NCBI GenBank assembly: GCA_034094155.1
Contig: JAXEBI010000046.1
Coordinates: 52 to 64,051 of the forward strand
Reading direction: 5' to 3'
Origin: Phocaeicola sp.
GTDB lineage: Bacteria; Bacteroidota; Bacteroidia; Bacteroidales; Bacteroidaceae
Length of the DNA: 64,000 bases
Shown here piece after piece: positions 9,222 to 20,007 of this stretch (within the stretch, counting starts at the first letter, position 1; each line of letters begins with the position of its first letter). The notes below the pieces were generated by a model. That model was not told where the DNA came from, ran no database searches, and saw nothing but the letters and a program-made list of their open reading frames with translations. The position numbers and the translations under genes were made by a program.

Positions 9222-11798
9222 TTACTTCATAGAGATGGCAATCTCCTTGCCGTCTTCACTTGTCCCAATAAGAATATCATGACAGTTTTCGGCCTCATCT
9301 TCCATAAGAATTTCTGCCAGTTTGTCTTCAATATTACTCTGGATGGCACGTTTAAGAGGGCGTGCACCATACTGCACATCTTCACCTTTCCTTGCAATAA
9401 GCTTCTTGGCATCATCAGTTATGGAAATGCTGTAACCCAAGGCTTCCACACGTTTGAACAAACCGCTCAATTCTATTTCCGTAATCTTGACCAAGGCATC
9501 CATATCCAACTGGCGGAAAGATATAATCTCATCTATACGGTTAATGAATTCCGGAGCAAAAGCCTTGTCGAGAGCCTTGCGGATAACTGTCTTTGAGTGG
9601 TCGGGATCATCCTGCTTTATCACAGCATTGAAACCTATGCCCTTACTGAAATCTTTCAACTGACGGCTGCCGACGTTGGATGTCATGATTATTACAGTAT
9701 TCTTGAAATCCACAGTACGTCCGTTGCTGTCGGTAAGTCTGCCTTCGTCCATCACCTGAAGCAGGAGATTGAAAACATCGGAATGAGCTTTTTCAAGCTC
9801 GTCGAGCAGAATGATAGAGTAGGGCTTGCGGCGCACCTTTTCAGTGAGCTGTCCGCCTTCCTCATATCCCACATATCCCGGAGGCGCTCCCACCAGTCTC
9901 GACACTGCAAATTTTTCCATATACTCACTCATGTCTATTCTGATAAGAGAATCCTTCGAACCGAACATTTCTTCAGCCAGGGCTTTGGCAAGATGAGTCT
10001 TACCCACACCGGTAGGACCTGTGAAGAGGAATGTACCTATAGGCTTGTTAGGGTCCTTAAGTCCTACACGACTTCGCTTGATAGCCCTTACAAGAGTATC
10101 CACTGCCTCGTCCTGTCCAATAACCTTCGATGTAAGTACATCTTTCATTCTCTTTAGCTTGGCACCTTCCGAGTCGGCCATTTTCTGTACAGGAACTCCC
10201 GAAATCATGGAAACCACATCCTCTATCTGCTCCTTGTCGACTGTTACACGGTTTTCCTTCATCTTTTCAGTCCACTCTCGCTTCATCTCTTCAAGCTCGT
10301 TCTGCAGGAATTTCTCCTTGTCGCGCAGGCTTGCAGCCATCTCAAAGTTCTGCAGTCTGATGGCCTCATGCTTGTTCTCCTTAGCTTCTTCCACCAGTTT
10401 TTCCTGTTCTTCTATAGCTTTCGGCACAGATACATTATTAATATGCACTCTCGAACCGGCCTCGTCCATGGCATCAATAGCCTTGTCGGGGAACGCTCTG
10501 TCGGTAATATATCTTTCTGTGAGGCGGACACAAGCCTTAATGGCCTCGTCGGTATAGTTTACGTTGTGATGCTCTTCATACTGTTCCTTGATATTCATAA
10601 GAATCTGAAGAGTCTCATCGGCTGTGGTAGGCTCTACCATGACCTTCTGGAATCGTCTTTCCAGGGCACCGTCTTTCTCAACCGACTGTCTGTACTCATT
10701 AAGCGTAGTGGCACCTATACACTGAATCTCACCTCTTGCGAGTGCCGGTTTCAGAATATTTGCGGCATCCATTGAGCCCGCAGCCGAACCAGCACCTACT
10801 ATGGTATGAATTTCATCGATGAAAAGAATTACATCAGGATTGTTTTTCGCTTCGTTAATAATACCGAGAATACGTTCTTCAAACTGTCCGCGGTATTTTG
10901 TGCCGGCCACTACCGATGTCATGTCGAGCATTACCACTCTCTTGTCGAAAAGCAGTCTTGAGACCTTCTTTTCGGCTATTCTGATGGCAAGTCCCTCAAC
11001 TATAGCCGATTTTCCCACTCCCGGTTCTCCTATGAGCACAGGGTTGTTCTTCTTTCTACGGCTCAGGATTTGTGCTACACGCTCTATTTCTTTTTCGCGT
11101 CCCACCACCTTGTCGAGTTTGCCTTCTTCTGCGGCACGAGTAAGGTCGATACCATAATTGTCGAGTGCTGGAGTCTTGCTTTCCCTGTCGCCCTGCTGCT
11201 TGTCCTTCGAAGAATTCGAAGTATGAGTAGCCTGATTCCTTCCAAGTTCGTTTCCGGGATTATATTTGTTCATCCCGCTTCCTTTTCTTCCTATACCCTC
11301 ATCTTCATCTTCGTCTTCATCGAAGCTCATCCCCGAAGTAGGATAGGATTTTGTATTGTCCGATAAAAGATTTCTCATTCTCTCTCTTATCTTGTTGTAG
11401 GTCACCTCGTTCTCATCGAGTGCCTTATTTGCATTATTGTAGTTATCTCTCATAATTCCTAAAAGAATGTGTTCGGCATCAAATTCGTTCTTGTTGTCTA
11501 TTTTTGCTTCAAGTATGCCGAGTCTTAATATTTTAGTTGATAAATCGTTGAATCTTAAATCCCGCAGTTCTATGTCCGATTCGGGAAACTCGCCGAGAAG
11601 CTCTTCAAGTCGTTTCCTTAATCCTTTAATGTCTACATACAGACTTTTCAGAATGTCGAAAGCCTTGTTGTTGCCGTCTCTGATAATACCTAATAGCAGA
11701 TGTTCCGGTCTGACACTGTCGGAGTGTGTCCTTCCGGCTTCTTCCTTGCTGTATCTTATTATATTATCCGCTTCTTTTGTGTATGTAAAGTCATTCAT
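9222..11798 (-). CDS. clpC: ATP-dependent Clp protease ATP-binding subunit ClpC
   Basis: Clp-N repeats (PEHLLLG), two AAA+ modules (GEPGVGKS, GPTGVGKT), UVR domain, RIDMSEY, GARPLKR. ATG at 11798 preferred over GTG at 11837. Confidence 0.93.
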   Translation of the reverse strand: MNDFTYTKEADNIIRYSKEEAGRTHSDSVRPEHLLLGIIRDGNNKAFDILKSLYVDIKGLRKRLEELLGEFPESDIELRDLRFNDLSTKILRLGILEAKIDNKNEFDAEHILLGIMRDNYNNANKALDENEVTYNKIRERMRNLLSDNTKSYPTSGMSFDEDEDEDEGIGRKGSGMNKYNPGNELGRNQATHTSNSSKDKQQGDRESKTPALDNYGIDLTRAAEEGKLDKVVGREKEIERVAQILSRRKKNNPVLIGEPGVGKSAIVEGLAIRIAEKKVSRLLFDKRVVMLDMTSVVAGTKYRGQFEERILGIINEAKNNPDVILFIDEIHTIVGAGSAAGSMDAANILKPALARGEIQCIGATTLNEYRQSVEKDGALERRFQKVMVEPTTADETLQILMNIKEQYEEHHNVNYTDEAIKACVRLTERYITDRAFPDKAIDAMDEAGSRVHINNVSVPKAIEEQEKLVEEAKENKHEAIRLQNFEMAASLRDKEKFLQNELEEMKREWTEKMKENRVTVDKEQIEDVVSMISGVPVQKMADSEGAKLKRMKDVLTSKVIGQDEAVDTLVRAIKRSRVGLKDPNKPIGTFLFTGPTGVGKTHLAKALAEEMFGSKDSLIRIDMSEYMEKFAVSRLVGAPPGYVGYEEGGQLTEKVRRKPYSIILLDELEKAHSDVFNLLLQVMDEGRLTDSNGRTVDFKNTVIIMTSNVGSRQLKDFSKGIGFNAVIKQDDPDHSKTVIRKALDKAFAPEFINRIDEIISFRQLDMDALVKITEIELSGLFKRVEALGYSISITDDAKKLIARKGEDVQYGARPLKRAIQSNIEDKLAEILMEDEAENCHDILIGTSEDGKEIAISMK

Positions 11799-11908
11799 AT
11801 TTTTCACTTCTTTCCTTTCATCTATCTTTCTTTTCACTTCCTTCTTCTTCAGTTTTTCTTCTTCTTCAGTTTTTCTTCTTCAGTTTTTTTCCTTTTCATC
11901 TCTTATTC
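11799..11908 (-). repeat. Low-complexity purine-rich clpC leader with (GAA)n AAAACT units
   Basis: Almost purely pyrimidine on the + strand between a TATCTTTG -7 box (11922-11915) and the clpC ATG. Confidence 0.55.
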
Positions 11909-12246
11909 AAGTTGCAAAGATATAAATAAAAAATGATTGGTGTATATGTTTACTTTTTTTGGAATATATGTTTATTCTTTTTAATAAAAATATATATATG
12001 TGTGAGTGTTTGCAATAAATATATCGTCTTTATGATAAATAGATAATGTGTGCTCTCTTTGTTTGATTATGGCATGCTTTATTTGCAGTTAATGTCCTAT
12101 TAAGAGTAAAAAAGCTTAAAGATGTCCATATTTTTGTGTAAAAAGTTTCGTATATCGGCTAAAAGTAGTACTTTAGCATGGTTTTTCGTAAGCCTTTGAA
12201 ATGGTTTGCGCAAACTGTGAGAGATGTATAATTAAATTTGTTTTAA

Positions 12247-14871
12247 ATGCAAGAACAAGACAGAATTATAAAAATTAACATCGAAGAGGAAATGAAGTCG
12301 TCGTACATCGATTACTCCATGTCGGTAATCGTGGCGCGCGCCCTTCCTGATGTAAGAGATGGTTTCAAGCCTGTTCACCGCCGTATTCTTTACGGAATGA
12401 TGGAACTTGGAAATACATCTGATAAACCGTATAAGAAATCTGCCAGAATTGTAGGTGAAGTGCTTGGTAAATATCACCCTCATGGTGACTCGTCCGTGTA
12501 TGGAGCTCTGGTACGTATGGCTCAGGACTGGGCTATGCGATATCCGCTTGTCGACGGACAGGGTAACTTCGGATCGGTGGACGGTGACAGCCCTGCTGCC
12601 ATGCGTTATACCGAAGCACGATTGAAGAAGATTGGTGAGGAAATGATGCAGGATCTTTACAAGGAAACTGTTGACTTCCAGAACAACTTCGATGATACCT
12701 TGCAGGAACCTACTGTTATGCCTACCCGTATACCTAACTTGCTGGTGAACGGTGCATCGGGTATCGCCGTAGGTATGGCTACAAATATGCCTACTCACAA
12801 CTTGGCCGAGGTTATTGATGCCTGTATAGCCTATATCGATAATAATGACATTGATATAGACGGACTTATGCAGTATGTCAAGGCTCCTGATTTCCCTACC
12901 GGAGGTTATATCTATGGTATAAGCGGAGTGAAGGATGCTTACGAAACCGGTCGCGGACGTGTTGTAATGCGCGCAAAAACTGAAATTGAGACTCATACTA
13001 ATCATGATAAAATCATTGTCAACGAGATTCCTTATAATGTCAACAAGAAGGAACTTATTGAAAGTATAGCTTCTCTCGTAAGCGACAAGAAAATAGAAGG
13101 TATCTCTTACGTGAACGACGAATCCGACAGAGAAGGTATGCGTATCGTCATCGATGTGAAACGTGATGCCAACGCGAGTGTGGTGCTCAACAAGCTTTTC
13201 AAGATGACTGCACTGCAGACTTCTTTCGGGGTTAACAATATCGCTCTTGTCAAGGGACGTCCTCGTCTGCTTAATCTTAAGGACCTTATCAGCCTGTTTG
13301 TAGAACATCGTCATGAGGTGGTTATACGCCGCACTAAGTATGATTTGCGCAAGGCTCAGGAACGTGCTCATATCCTCGAAGGCCTTATCATCGCTTCCGA
13401 TAATATCGATGAGGTAATACGTATTATCCGTGCCGCCAAAACTCCTAACGAGGCTATTGCCAACCTTATGGAACGTTTCAGCCTGACTGAAATTCAGGCA
13501 CGCGCCATCGTGGAAATGCGTCTGCGCCAGCTCACCGGTCTGATGCAGGATCAGCTTCATGCAGAATATGAGGAACTTATGAAGCAGATTGCATATTATC
13601 AGGAAATCCTTTCTAATGATGAACTCTGTATGAAGGTCATCAAGGACGAACTTATAGAGGTGAAGGAGAAATATGGTGACAAGCGCCGCTCTGAAATTGT
13701 ATATGCTTCCGAAGAGTTTAATCCTGAAGATTTCTACGCCGATGATGAAATGGTTATCACTATTTCTCATATGGGATATATCAAGCGTACTCCTCTTGCC
13801 GACTTCCACGCTCAGAATCGCGGTGGGGTAGGTTCTAAGGGTAGTGAAACACGTGATGAGGACTTTATAGAACATATTTATCCTGCCACAATGCATAATA
13901 CTATGCTCTTCTTTACTCAGAAGGGTAAGTGCTACTGGCTTAAGGTGTACGAAATTCCTGAAGGCAACAAGACCTCTAAAGGCCGCGCAATACAGAATCT
14001 GCTTAATATCGATGCCGATGATGCCGTTACTGCTTATCTGCGCGTGAAGAATCTTAACGATAAGGAGTTTATCAACAGTCATTATGTGCTGTTCTGTACT
14101 AAGCAGGGTGTTATCAAGAAGACTTTGCTCGAACAGTATTCCCGTCCGCGCCAGAATGGTGTCAATGCTATCACTATACGTGAAGACGACAGGGTTATCG
14201 AGGTGCGCATGACCAACGGAAATAATGAAATCGTTATAGCCAACCGTAATGGTCGTGCTATCCGATTCCACGAAAGTGCCGTTCGCGAAATGGGACGTAC
14301 CGCTACAGGTGTACGTGGTATCACTCTCGATGAAGACGGACAGGATGAGGTTATAGGTATGATTTGTATCAAGGACGTGCAGAAGGAAACTATTATGGTG
14401 GTTTCTGAAAATGGCTATGGCAAGCGTTCTGAAATTGAAGACTACCGTAAGACCAACCGTGGCGGTAAGGGTGTGAAGACTCTCAACATCACAGAAAAGA
14501 CCGGCTCACTTGTTGCTATCAAGTCGGTAACCGATGAAAACGACCTTATGATTATCAATAAATCGGGTATTACTATCCGTGTTAAGGTATCCGACTTCCG
14601 TATCATGGGACGTGCCACTCAGGGTGTGAAACTTATCGACCTCGAGAAACGTAACGATAGTATAGGTTCTGTTTGTAAGGTTACTTCACAGCCGGAAGAG
14701 GAGGAAAACGATGAGGAAACTGTATTGCCTGGCAATGCCGTAGATTCAGCCGATAACGATATAATATCTCCTGAAGATGAAAACTTGACTGAAGATGAGA
14801 ACTTGTCAGATGATGAAAATGCATTTGATGGCGATAATTCATCTGATGAAGTTATTTCTCCTGAAGAATAA
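12247..14871 (+). CDS. gyrA: DNA gyrase subunit A
   Basis: [23 protein letters not shown], catalytic AAMRYTE, GyrA-box QNRGGVG, acidic tail. Confidence 0.98.
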   Translation: MQEQDRIIKINIEEEMKSSYIDYSMSVIVARALPDVRDGFKPVHRRILYGMMELGNTSDKPYKKSARIVGEVLGKYHPHGDSSVYGALVRMAQDWAMRYPLVDGQGNFGSVDGDSPAAMRYTEARLKKIGEEMMQDLYKETVDFQNNFDDTLQEPTVMPTRIPNLLVNGASGIAVGMATNMPTHNLAEVIDACIAYIDNNDIDIDGLMQYVKAPDFPTGGYIYGISGVKDAYETGRGRVVMRAKTEIETHTNHDKIIVNEIPYNVNKKELIESIASLVSDKKIEGISYVNDESDREGMRIVIDVKRDANASVVLNKLFKMTALQTSFGVNNIALVKGRPRLLNLKDLISLFVEHRHEVVIRRTKYDLRKAQERAHILEGLIIASDNIDEVIRIIRAAKTPNEAIANLMERFSLTEIQARAIVEMRLRQLTGLMQDQLHAEYEELMKQIAYYQEILSNDELCMKVIKDELIEVKEKYGDKRRSEIVYASEEFNPEDFYADDEMVITISHMGYIKRTPLADFHAQNRGGVGSKGSETRDEDFIEHIYPATMHNTMLFFTQKGKCYWLKVYEIPEGNKTSKGRAIQNLLNIDADDAVTAYLRVKNLNDKEFINSHYVLFCTKQGVIKKTLLEQYSRPRQNGVNAITIREDDRVIEVRMTNGNNEIVIANRNGRAIRFHESAVREMGRTATGVRGITLDEDGQDEVIGMICIKDVQKETIMVVSENGYGKRSEIEDYRKTNRGGKGVKTLNITEKTGSLVAIKSVTDENDLMIINKSGITIRVKVSDFRIMGRATQGVKLIDLEKRNDSIGSVCKVTSQPEEEENDEETVLPGNAVDSADNDIISPEDENLTEDENLSDDENAFDGDNSSDEVISPEE

Positions 14872-14926
14872 ACAACCCAACAAGAAATTAATTATCAAGA
14901 ATTTGACTTACTAAAAATTAAACGTT

Positions 14927-16144
14927 ATGAAAAAAGTATTACTTACAGCTGCAGTGTTGTTTGCAACATGCGCAGTATCAGCACAGGAAAGTGTTGTGAA
15001 AGAAGCTAAATCAGCTAAGAGTGATCCTGTTAAGGCTGCTCAGATTATCGAACCAGCTTTGGCTGATCCTACTACAGGTGCCGATCCTGAAACATGGAAA
15101 CTTGCAGGTGATTTCCAGAAAGCTATCTATGATGATGAAAATATGAAGCTTTACTTACCTGGCGGTCAGGCAGACACTGCAAAATTGTATAGCAGCTTGG
15201 GCAAAATGTTCGAATATTACACAAAATGTGATGAATTGGAACAGGAAAAGGTTGCTAAAGGTGAACTTAAGAAAGCTAAACTGAGAAAGAAACTTTCTAA
15301 AGATCTTCTTGCTGTACGTCCTAACCTGACAAATGCAGGGTCTGAAGCATATAATGCAGGAAACTATGCTAACGCATTGAAGTTCTTCGGATTGTATTGC
15401 GATGCAGTAAACGCTCCAATTTTCACAGACGTTGAGGCTGTTAAGAACGATACTCTTGTTCCACTTATCGCAAACTATGCTGTACTTGCAGCTAACTCAC
15501 TTAAGAAGAATGACCTTGTATTGAAATATGCAGAACTTGGTAAAGCTCACAAAGAAGAAGGTTACAGATCTTTGATGTGTATGGCTGAAGTATACAAGTC
15601 AGAAGAAGCTAAGGATTCAGTTAAATGGCTTGCAACTATCAAGGAAGGTGTTGAACGTTTCCCATCACAGGAATATTTCGTAGGTAACCTTATGGACAAC
15701 TATATCCAGAAAGGTCAGGTTAAGGAAGCTTTGGCAGAAATCGACAACATCATCGCAAATAACCCATCTGCTTACTTCATGTATGTAAAGGGTGTACTTC
15801 AGTATGAAAACAAGGATTACGAAAACGCTATCGCAACTCTTAACCAGATTATCGCTAAGAACGACGGTTTCGTAGCTGAAGCTAACGCTAAGATAGGTGA
15901 CTGCTACTTCTTCCCAGGTCAGGACATCGAAGAAGAAAACTCTAAGCTTACAATGGATGATCCTAAATATGCAGAAGGTGAAGCTAAGGTAAAAGAACTT
16001 TATGCTAAGGCACAGCCATACTACGAAAAGGCTAAGGAACTTGCTCCAGACAACAAGGCTTTGTGGGGACAGTTCTTGTTGAGAATCTACTGGAAGCTCA
16101 ATAAGGCTGATTACGAAGCTCTTGAAAAAGAACTTGGATATTAA
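14927..16144 (+). CDS. Exported tetratricopeptide-repeat protein
   Basis: Signal peptide, helical TPR-like repeats (e.g. AQPYYEKAKELAPDN), strongly biased codon usage; lies directly after gyrA. Confidence 0.82.
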   Translation: MKKVLLTAAVLFATCAVSAQESVVKEAKSAKSDPVKAAQIIEPALADPTTGADPETWKLAGDFQKAIYDDENMKLYLPGGQADTAKLYSSLGKMFEYYTKCDELEQEKVAKGELKKAKLRKKLSKDLLAVRPNLTNAGSEAYNAGNYANALKFFGLYCDAVNAPIFTDVEAVKNDTLVPLIANYAVLAANSLKKNDLVLKYAELGKAHKEEGYRSLMCMAEVYKSEEAKDSVKWLATIKEGVERFPSQEYFVGNLMDNYIQKGQVKEALAEIDNIIANNPSAYFMYVKGVLQYENKDYENAIATLNQIIAKNDGFVAEANAKIGDCYFFPGQDIEEENSKLTMDDPKYAEGEAKVKELYAKAQPYYEKAKELAPDNKALWGQFLLRIYWKLNKADYEALEKELGY

Positions 16145-16191
16145 TTAATCCTTAAGTCTCTTATAAAATAATAATACATAATAGCATAAAA

Positions 16192-16240
16192 GCGGTTCTG
16201 ATTTCATTGTTTACTTTTGAATCAGAACCGCATTTTTTTT
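16192..16240 (+). terminator. Intrinsic terminator of gyrA-TPR operon
   Basis: GCGGTTCTGATT...AATCAGAACCGC followed by T8. Confidence 0.8.
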
Positions 16241-16374
16241 ACTTCTATACTTTTTTCTATATTTTTTTACATCTATTTCTTTTACATCTAATTTTTTGTA
16301 CTTTTGTTCTTTTGTCGTAATTATATTACTATTTTTATTCTTCAACAAGATTACAAGATTATATTCTTTTATTT

Positions 16375-17562
16375 ATGACCAAATATATTTCAATTTTAAG
16401 AAAAAAAAGAAATACTGCCAATTCAGATAAAGCTGATTATAAATCTGTAAATACCGGCAGTTTCTCTTCTTTGGATGATTTCAATATCGATGCCTTTATT
16501 GAAACCTTAGATGTGCCCCTTCTCATTAGAAATATTGAATACGACAGTGAGAGCGACTGTACATTCTATTATGTCTACCGTGATGGCTATTCTACAACCT
16601 GTTTTGTCATAGCCGATTATAATTCCGATAGTTTTGAAGTTGAAATAGATCTTATGTCATCTTTCGATGATTACAGATTCTTCCCTTATCTGGCCGATTG
16701 TCTGAATCAGTATATCAATGGAGAGCATCTGTACATAGAAGGAAAATCCGTATTCGAGGAATATGGTGAGAATTGGGCGGCCGACAGTATAGGGGAGGAG
16801 GTAGCATTACTGAAGTCCACTTTAAGCATCCTGCCCAAATATTATATTGATTTGCCACTCGTTCCCAATAGTTATATTTCGAAAGAAATCCTTGCCGAAT
16901 TTGGAGTAAGCATATATTCATCTACTCCCCGCATACACGGATATATTCAGTACATAATAAAGAAAGGTATTGTTCCTGTATCTACACCCGAGGAAGCTGC
17001 ATCCGAGTATGATTCATATTCAATGGCCTACGAGGCAAATCCGGATGCCTTTGAAGCAGACGTGCCGCAGCATGTCTCTATAGGTCGTGTAAAATCGTGG
17101 CAAGTCGACGGCTCTGAAACATGGGAAAGTTATTCGCGTGAGGATATAGAAATGCTTCTTGACCTTGCCGGCAGATACCTAAGAGGTCAGAATCCCGATT
17201 TGACAGGTGTAGTAATGAATGATTTGGGAACTATATATCAGGAAGGTATAGGAGTACCGGTGGACGGTTATAAGGCTGAATTCTGGTTTAGTGAAGCTGT
17301 ATCCCACGGCGATACACTCTATGCAGCCAGCAATTTGGGCGACTTGTACCGCAAAGGGTGCGGAAGTCTTCCGGCATCACTTCCAAAGGCTTTTGAGGCG
17401 TATAGAAAATCTACAGATTATTATGCCATGTATCGCATAGGACAGGCGTATGAAGAAGGTTGGACAGGAAAAACAGATATGGATGAGGCTATAAAGTGGT
17501 ACCGTAAGGCGGCATCATTTGGTCACCACCTTGCGGTAAAAAGGATTGAGAGAGGGTTCTGA
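16375..17562 (+). CDS. Sel1-repeat protein with uncharacterised acidic N-terminal domain
   Basis: C-terminal Sel1-like repeats (LGTIYQEGIGVPVD..KAEFWF, NLGDLYRKG, IGQAYEEG..DMDEAIKWYRKAA); no signal peptide. Confidence 0.75.
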   Translation: MTKYISILRKKRNTANSDKADYKSVNTGSFSSLDDFNIDAFIETLDVPLLIRNIEYDSESDCTFYYVYRDGYSTTCFVIADYNSDSFEVEIDLMSSFDDYRFFPYLADCLNQYINGEHLYIEGKSVFEEYGENWAADSIGEEVALLKSTLSILPKYYIDLPLVPNSYISKEILAEFGVSIYSSTPRIHGYIQYIIKKGIVPVSTPEEAASEYDSYSMAYEANPDAFEADVPQHVSIGRVKSWQVDGSETWESYSREDIEMLLDLAGRYLRGQNPDLTGVVMNDLGTIYQEGIGVPVDGYKAEFWFSEAVSHGDTLYAASNLGDLYRKGCGSLPASLPKAFEAYRKSTDYYAMYRIGQAYEEGWTGKTDMDEAIKWYRKAASFGHHLAVKRIERGF

Positions 17563-17608
17563 AAAATAAATTGTGATTATATTAAACTCCACAATCACGC
17601 TTTATTTT
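17562..17608. terminator. Possible bidirectional terminator between convergent genes
   Basis: AAAATAAA.TTGTGATT...AATCAC.GC.TTTATTTT imperfect inverted repeat. Confidence 0.45.
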
Positions 17609-17617
17609 CGTTTCTTC

Positions 17618-17715
17618 GATATCTTCAGTACTGGATATTTTCAATTTTTTGATGTTCTCAATTCTTTGATGTTCTCAATTTTTTGATATTTTCAGTACTG
17701 CTATATTCCCAATTC
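17618..17715. repeat. Degenerate 16-17 bp tandem repeat (about 6 units)
   Basis: GATATCTTCAGTACTG / GATATTTTCAATTTTTT / GATGTTCTCAATTCTTT / GATGTTCTCAATTTTTT / GATATTTTCAGTACTG / CTATATTCCCAATTC. Confidence 0.65.
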
Positions 17716-17738
17716 AACTTATCTATGTATTAATCCAG

Positions 17739-19019
17739 CTATATTTCCATTCCTATATTGAATTGCATGCTGTCAGCTGAAAGCAGATGAGCTTTGACAT
17801 TATAACCGACATAAACATTATTTATAAAAGGCAAATAATATTTCAGACCTACAGTTTCATAATAAGGCTTGTCTAATAATACCCCCAATGCTCCCATTTC
17901 CCTTTTCAGATAATATCCTAAACTTAGGTCCAGGGACAAACTTTTATAATAAACATTGTGCTTTAGTGCAATTCCTAAAGAATGTCTGTTATATTCATAT
18001 CCTTTTGCTCCTCTTTCCATATCCGCCTTTTTAATATCGTTAATGTAAGGAGTATAAACATAATCCAGTCCTATACCGGAAGCAAATTTTCTATTGTATC
18101 TATACATAGCCGCTGCTGAAACAGCTAAAGCGGAATATATCTTGTAGTCGGAACTTCTATATCTTGGATCAGTAGGCGGAAGTTCGTAATTGACCAGCCA
18201 TTCCTGCATAATAGTTTTTAAATTCCATCCCGCATTAATGTCGAAAAAGAAATGTTTTATAAAATCTTTATCATGAAAATATAGATGGTAATTTTTTTTG
18301 CCCATTCCTTCTTTTGAATTATCATTTTCTTCGGGATAAAATCTCATACCAGCCATAAAATCTAAAGAATTTGCTCCTTTATTTGGTCTGTCTAATGCAG
18401 AATTTGAGAAATGTTTAAATCCGGCAGACAAAGTAAACTCCCATTGTGGAGAGATCATAAATCCCGTATATATATTAGCACCGAAATAAACAGACCATCT
18501 TGACCCTATGATGAGGTTGTCGTAATTGTTTGTTGCGGAGTATGGCCTTGAGCATATTCCTATACCGTTTTGCATACCATATCCTATTCTCCAAAAACCG
18601 TTATTAGCCAGATCACGATTAAATGAACCATATAATCCGGCCATTAACCCAATACCGGAAAAAGGCCCTTCTGAATTCTCACGTAATTTGATGCGGCTAT
18701 AATCGCATAAAATAATTCCTGCTTCCAGTCCGGGAAAGCCGAACACCTTATCATATACGTTAGAATCATTAGGTAATGCTCTATACTGAATATTTATGTT
18801 ATAGAAAGAAGCACCATTCGATTTAATGAGATTTTTTCCATATACGTCACCCGGAATCAGACAACCTGCTCCTCCGGAGACTCCATATGACAGTTTCTTA
18901 TATAGTTTATTTTTTAAACCAGATTCTGTTTGAGCTTGTATCATTGAAAATGGGAATATATAGTATATTATTGGGCTAAGCAGGCAATAACATAAAGAAT
19001 AACGAAGGAGTTTTATCAT
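17739..19019 (-). CDS. Outer-membrane acyloxyacyl hydrolase / PagL-like lipid A deacylase family protein
   Basis: Signal peptide, amphipathic beta strands, PagL-type HFSN...PNKGAN motif. Confidence 0.72.
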   Translation of the reverse strand: MIKLLRYSLCYCLLSPIIYYIFPFSMIQAQTESGLKNKLYKKLSYGVSGGAGCLIPGDVYGKNLIKSNGASFYNINIQYRALPNDSNVYDKVFGFPGLEAGIILCDYSRIKLRENSEGPFSGIGLMAGLYGSFNRDLANNGFWRIGYGMQNGIGICSRPYSATNNYDNLIIGSRWSVYFGANIYTGFMISPQWEFTLSAGFKHFSNSALDRPNKGANSLDFMAGMRFYPEENDNSKEGMGKKNYHLYFHDKDFIKHFFFDINAGWNLKTIMQEWLVNYELPPTDPRYRSSDYKIYSALAVSAAAMYRYNRKFASGIGLDYVYTPYINDIKKADMERGAKGYEYNRHSLGIALKHNVYYKSLSLDLSLGYYLKREMGALGVLLDKPYYETVGLKYYLPFINNVYVGYNVKAHLLSADSMQFNIGMEI

Positions 19020-19076
19020 CTATAAAGTAATATTTTTATGAATTTAAAAATAAAATAACGGTCGCAAAGGTATATA

Positions 19077-19114
19077 AAAAAAGAGTAGCTGTGAATAAAA
19101 CCATAGCTACTCTT
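19077..19114 (-). terminator. Terminator after the fimbrillin pair
   Basis: AAAGAGTAGCT...AGCTACTCTTT stem with T tract on the minus strand. Confidence 0.7.
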
Positions 19115-19144
19115 TGAATTTTTACCAATATTATAATGTTATTT

Positions 19145-19981
19145 TTATTTCAGTAACATCTCACATTGTAATGAGTTATTGCTTCTACTAGTGTTGATTC
19201 TAATATAAATATTATTTAAATTTCCCATACCAAGCTTTATATCATTCGATGCTGTTACTGTATAATTACCTACATTAGTGCTGATAGTTGCAAAGGTTGT
19301 ACCCTTTTTTATTGTCTGTGCTGGCACAACAGCTTTGAAAGATTTACTTCCGTTGGTACACATTACAATGTCAGCAATTTTGTTATTAATGGTAGTGATA
19401 GTACCATCATATAAGTCAAGGTCCGATTTATAAAAGAAATTTTTTAATGTAAAGTTATAAATTTCTATACCGGAGTATTCCAGATTGACAACTACTTTCG
19501 ACAAGATATGAATAAATTTCAGTTCTATAGATTTTTCATTCGAAGAATAATCTGTATACGAAACCATTAAATCGCTCAGAGTATAGTTTGAATAGTCCGA
19601 CTGGTCCTTTCTGCATTCAAATTCAAATTTATTGCTTAAATTAGAACTATAAGGGTATATAGCGTAATAGAAGAACTTGTCGTTATTATTTATCAACTCA
19701 ATTCCTTCATTCATTGCGGTAAATTTACTACCATTGTAAATATACGGAACATTAGCTGCGTATGGATTATCTTCTAAAGATCCTGGTTTATTATATCCAT
19801 TGTCAACCATAGCAAAAACGCCAATTTTATCATTATTGTCGAATTTTACATCGGTAGCTCTAGATTCTGAAATAACAGTACTGAAATCAACATATTCATG
19901 TGTAGCTTCAGGAAGGTTAATTTCAGAGCAGGCACATAACCCCATAACCGAAATTAAACCTATAAGTTTGTAAATTCTCAT
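19145..19981 (-). CDS. Fimbrillin-like (Mfa-like, type V pilin) lipoprotein
   Basis: Lipobox LCAC; SRA processing site; DKIGVFA, YYAIYPY, DQS..SDLM, LKFIHILSKV and AVVPAQ motifs. Confidence 0.85.
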   Translation of the reverse strand: MRIYKLIGLISVMGLCACSEINLPEATHEYVDFSTVISESRATDVKFDNNDKIGVFAMVDNGYNKPGSLEDNPYAANVPYIYNGSKFTAMNEGIELINNNDKFFYYAIYPYSSNLSNKFEFECRKDQSDYSNYTLSDLMVSYTDYSSNEKSIELKFIHILSKVVVNLEYSGIEIYNFTLKNFFYKSDLDLYDGTITTINNKIADIVMCTNGSKSFKAVVPAQTIKKGTTFATISTNVGNYTVTASNDIKLGMGNLNNIYIRINTSRSNNSLQCEMLLK

Positions 19982-20007
19982 AATTACGATGGTTTAAGAT
20001 AAAAAAA

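Noticed and set aside
12232-14271. 679-aa antisense ORF
   Set aside because: It lies entirely opposite gyrA, has no recognisable motifs and is a codon-bias shadow.
14690-14871. Repetitive acidic C-terminal tail of GyrA
   Set aside because: Acidic low-complexity tails are a normal GyrA feature.
17618-17715. Possible CRISPR array (also the 21-bp repeat at 59587-59665)
   Set aside because: Units are adjacent with no unique spacers, there are no cas genes, and the second repeat is in-frame coding sequence.
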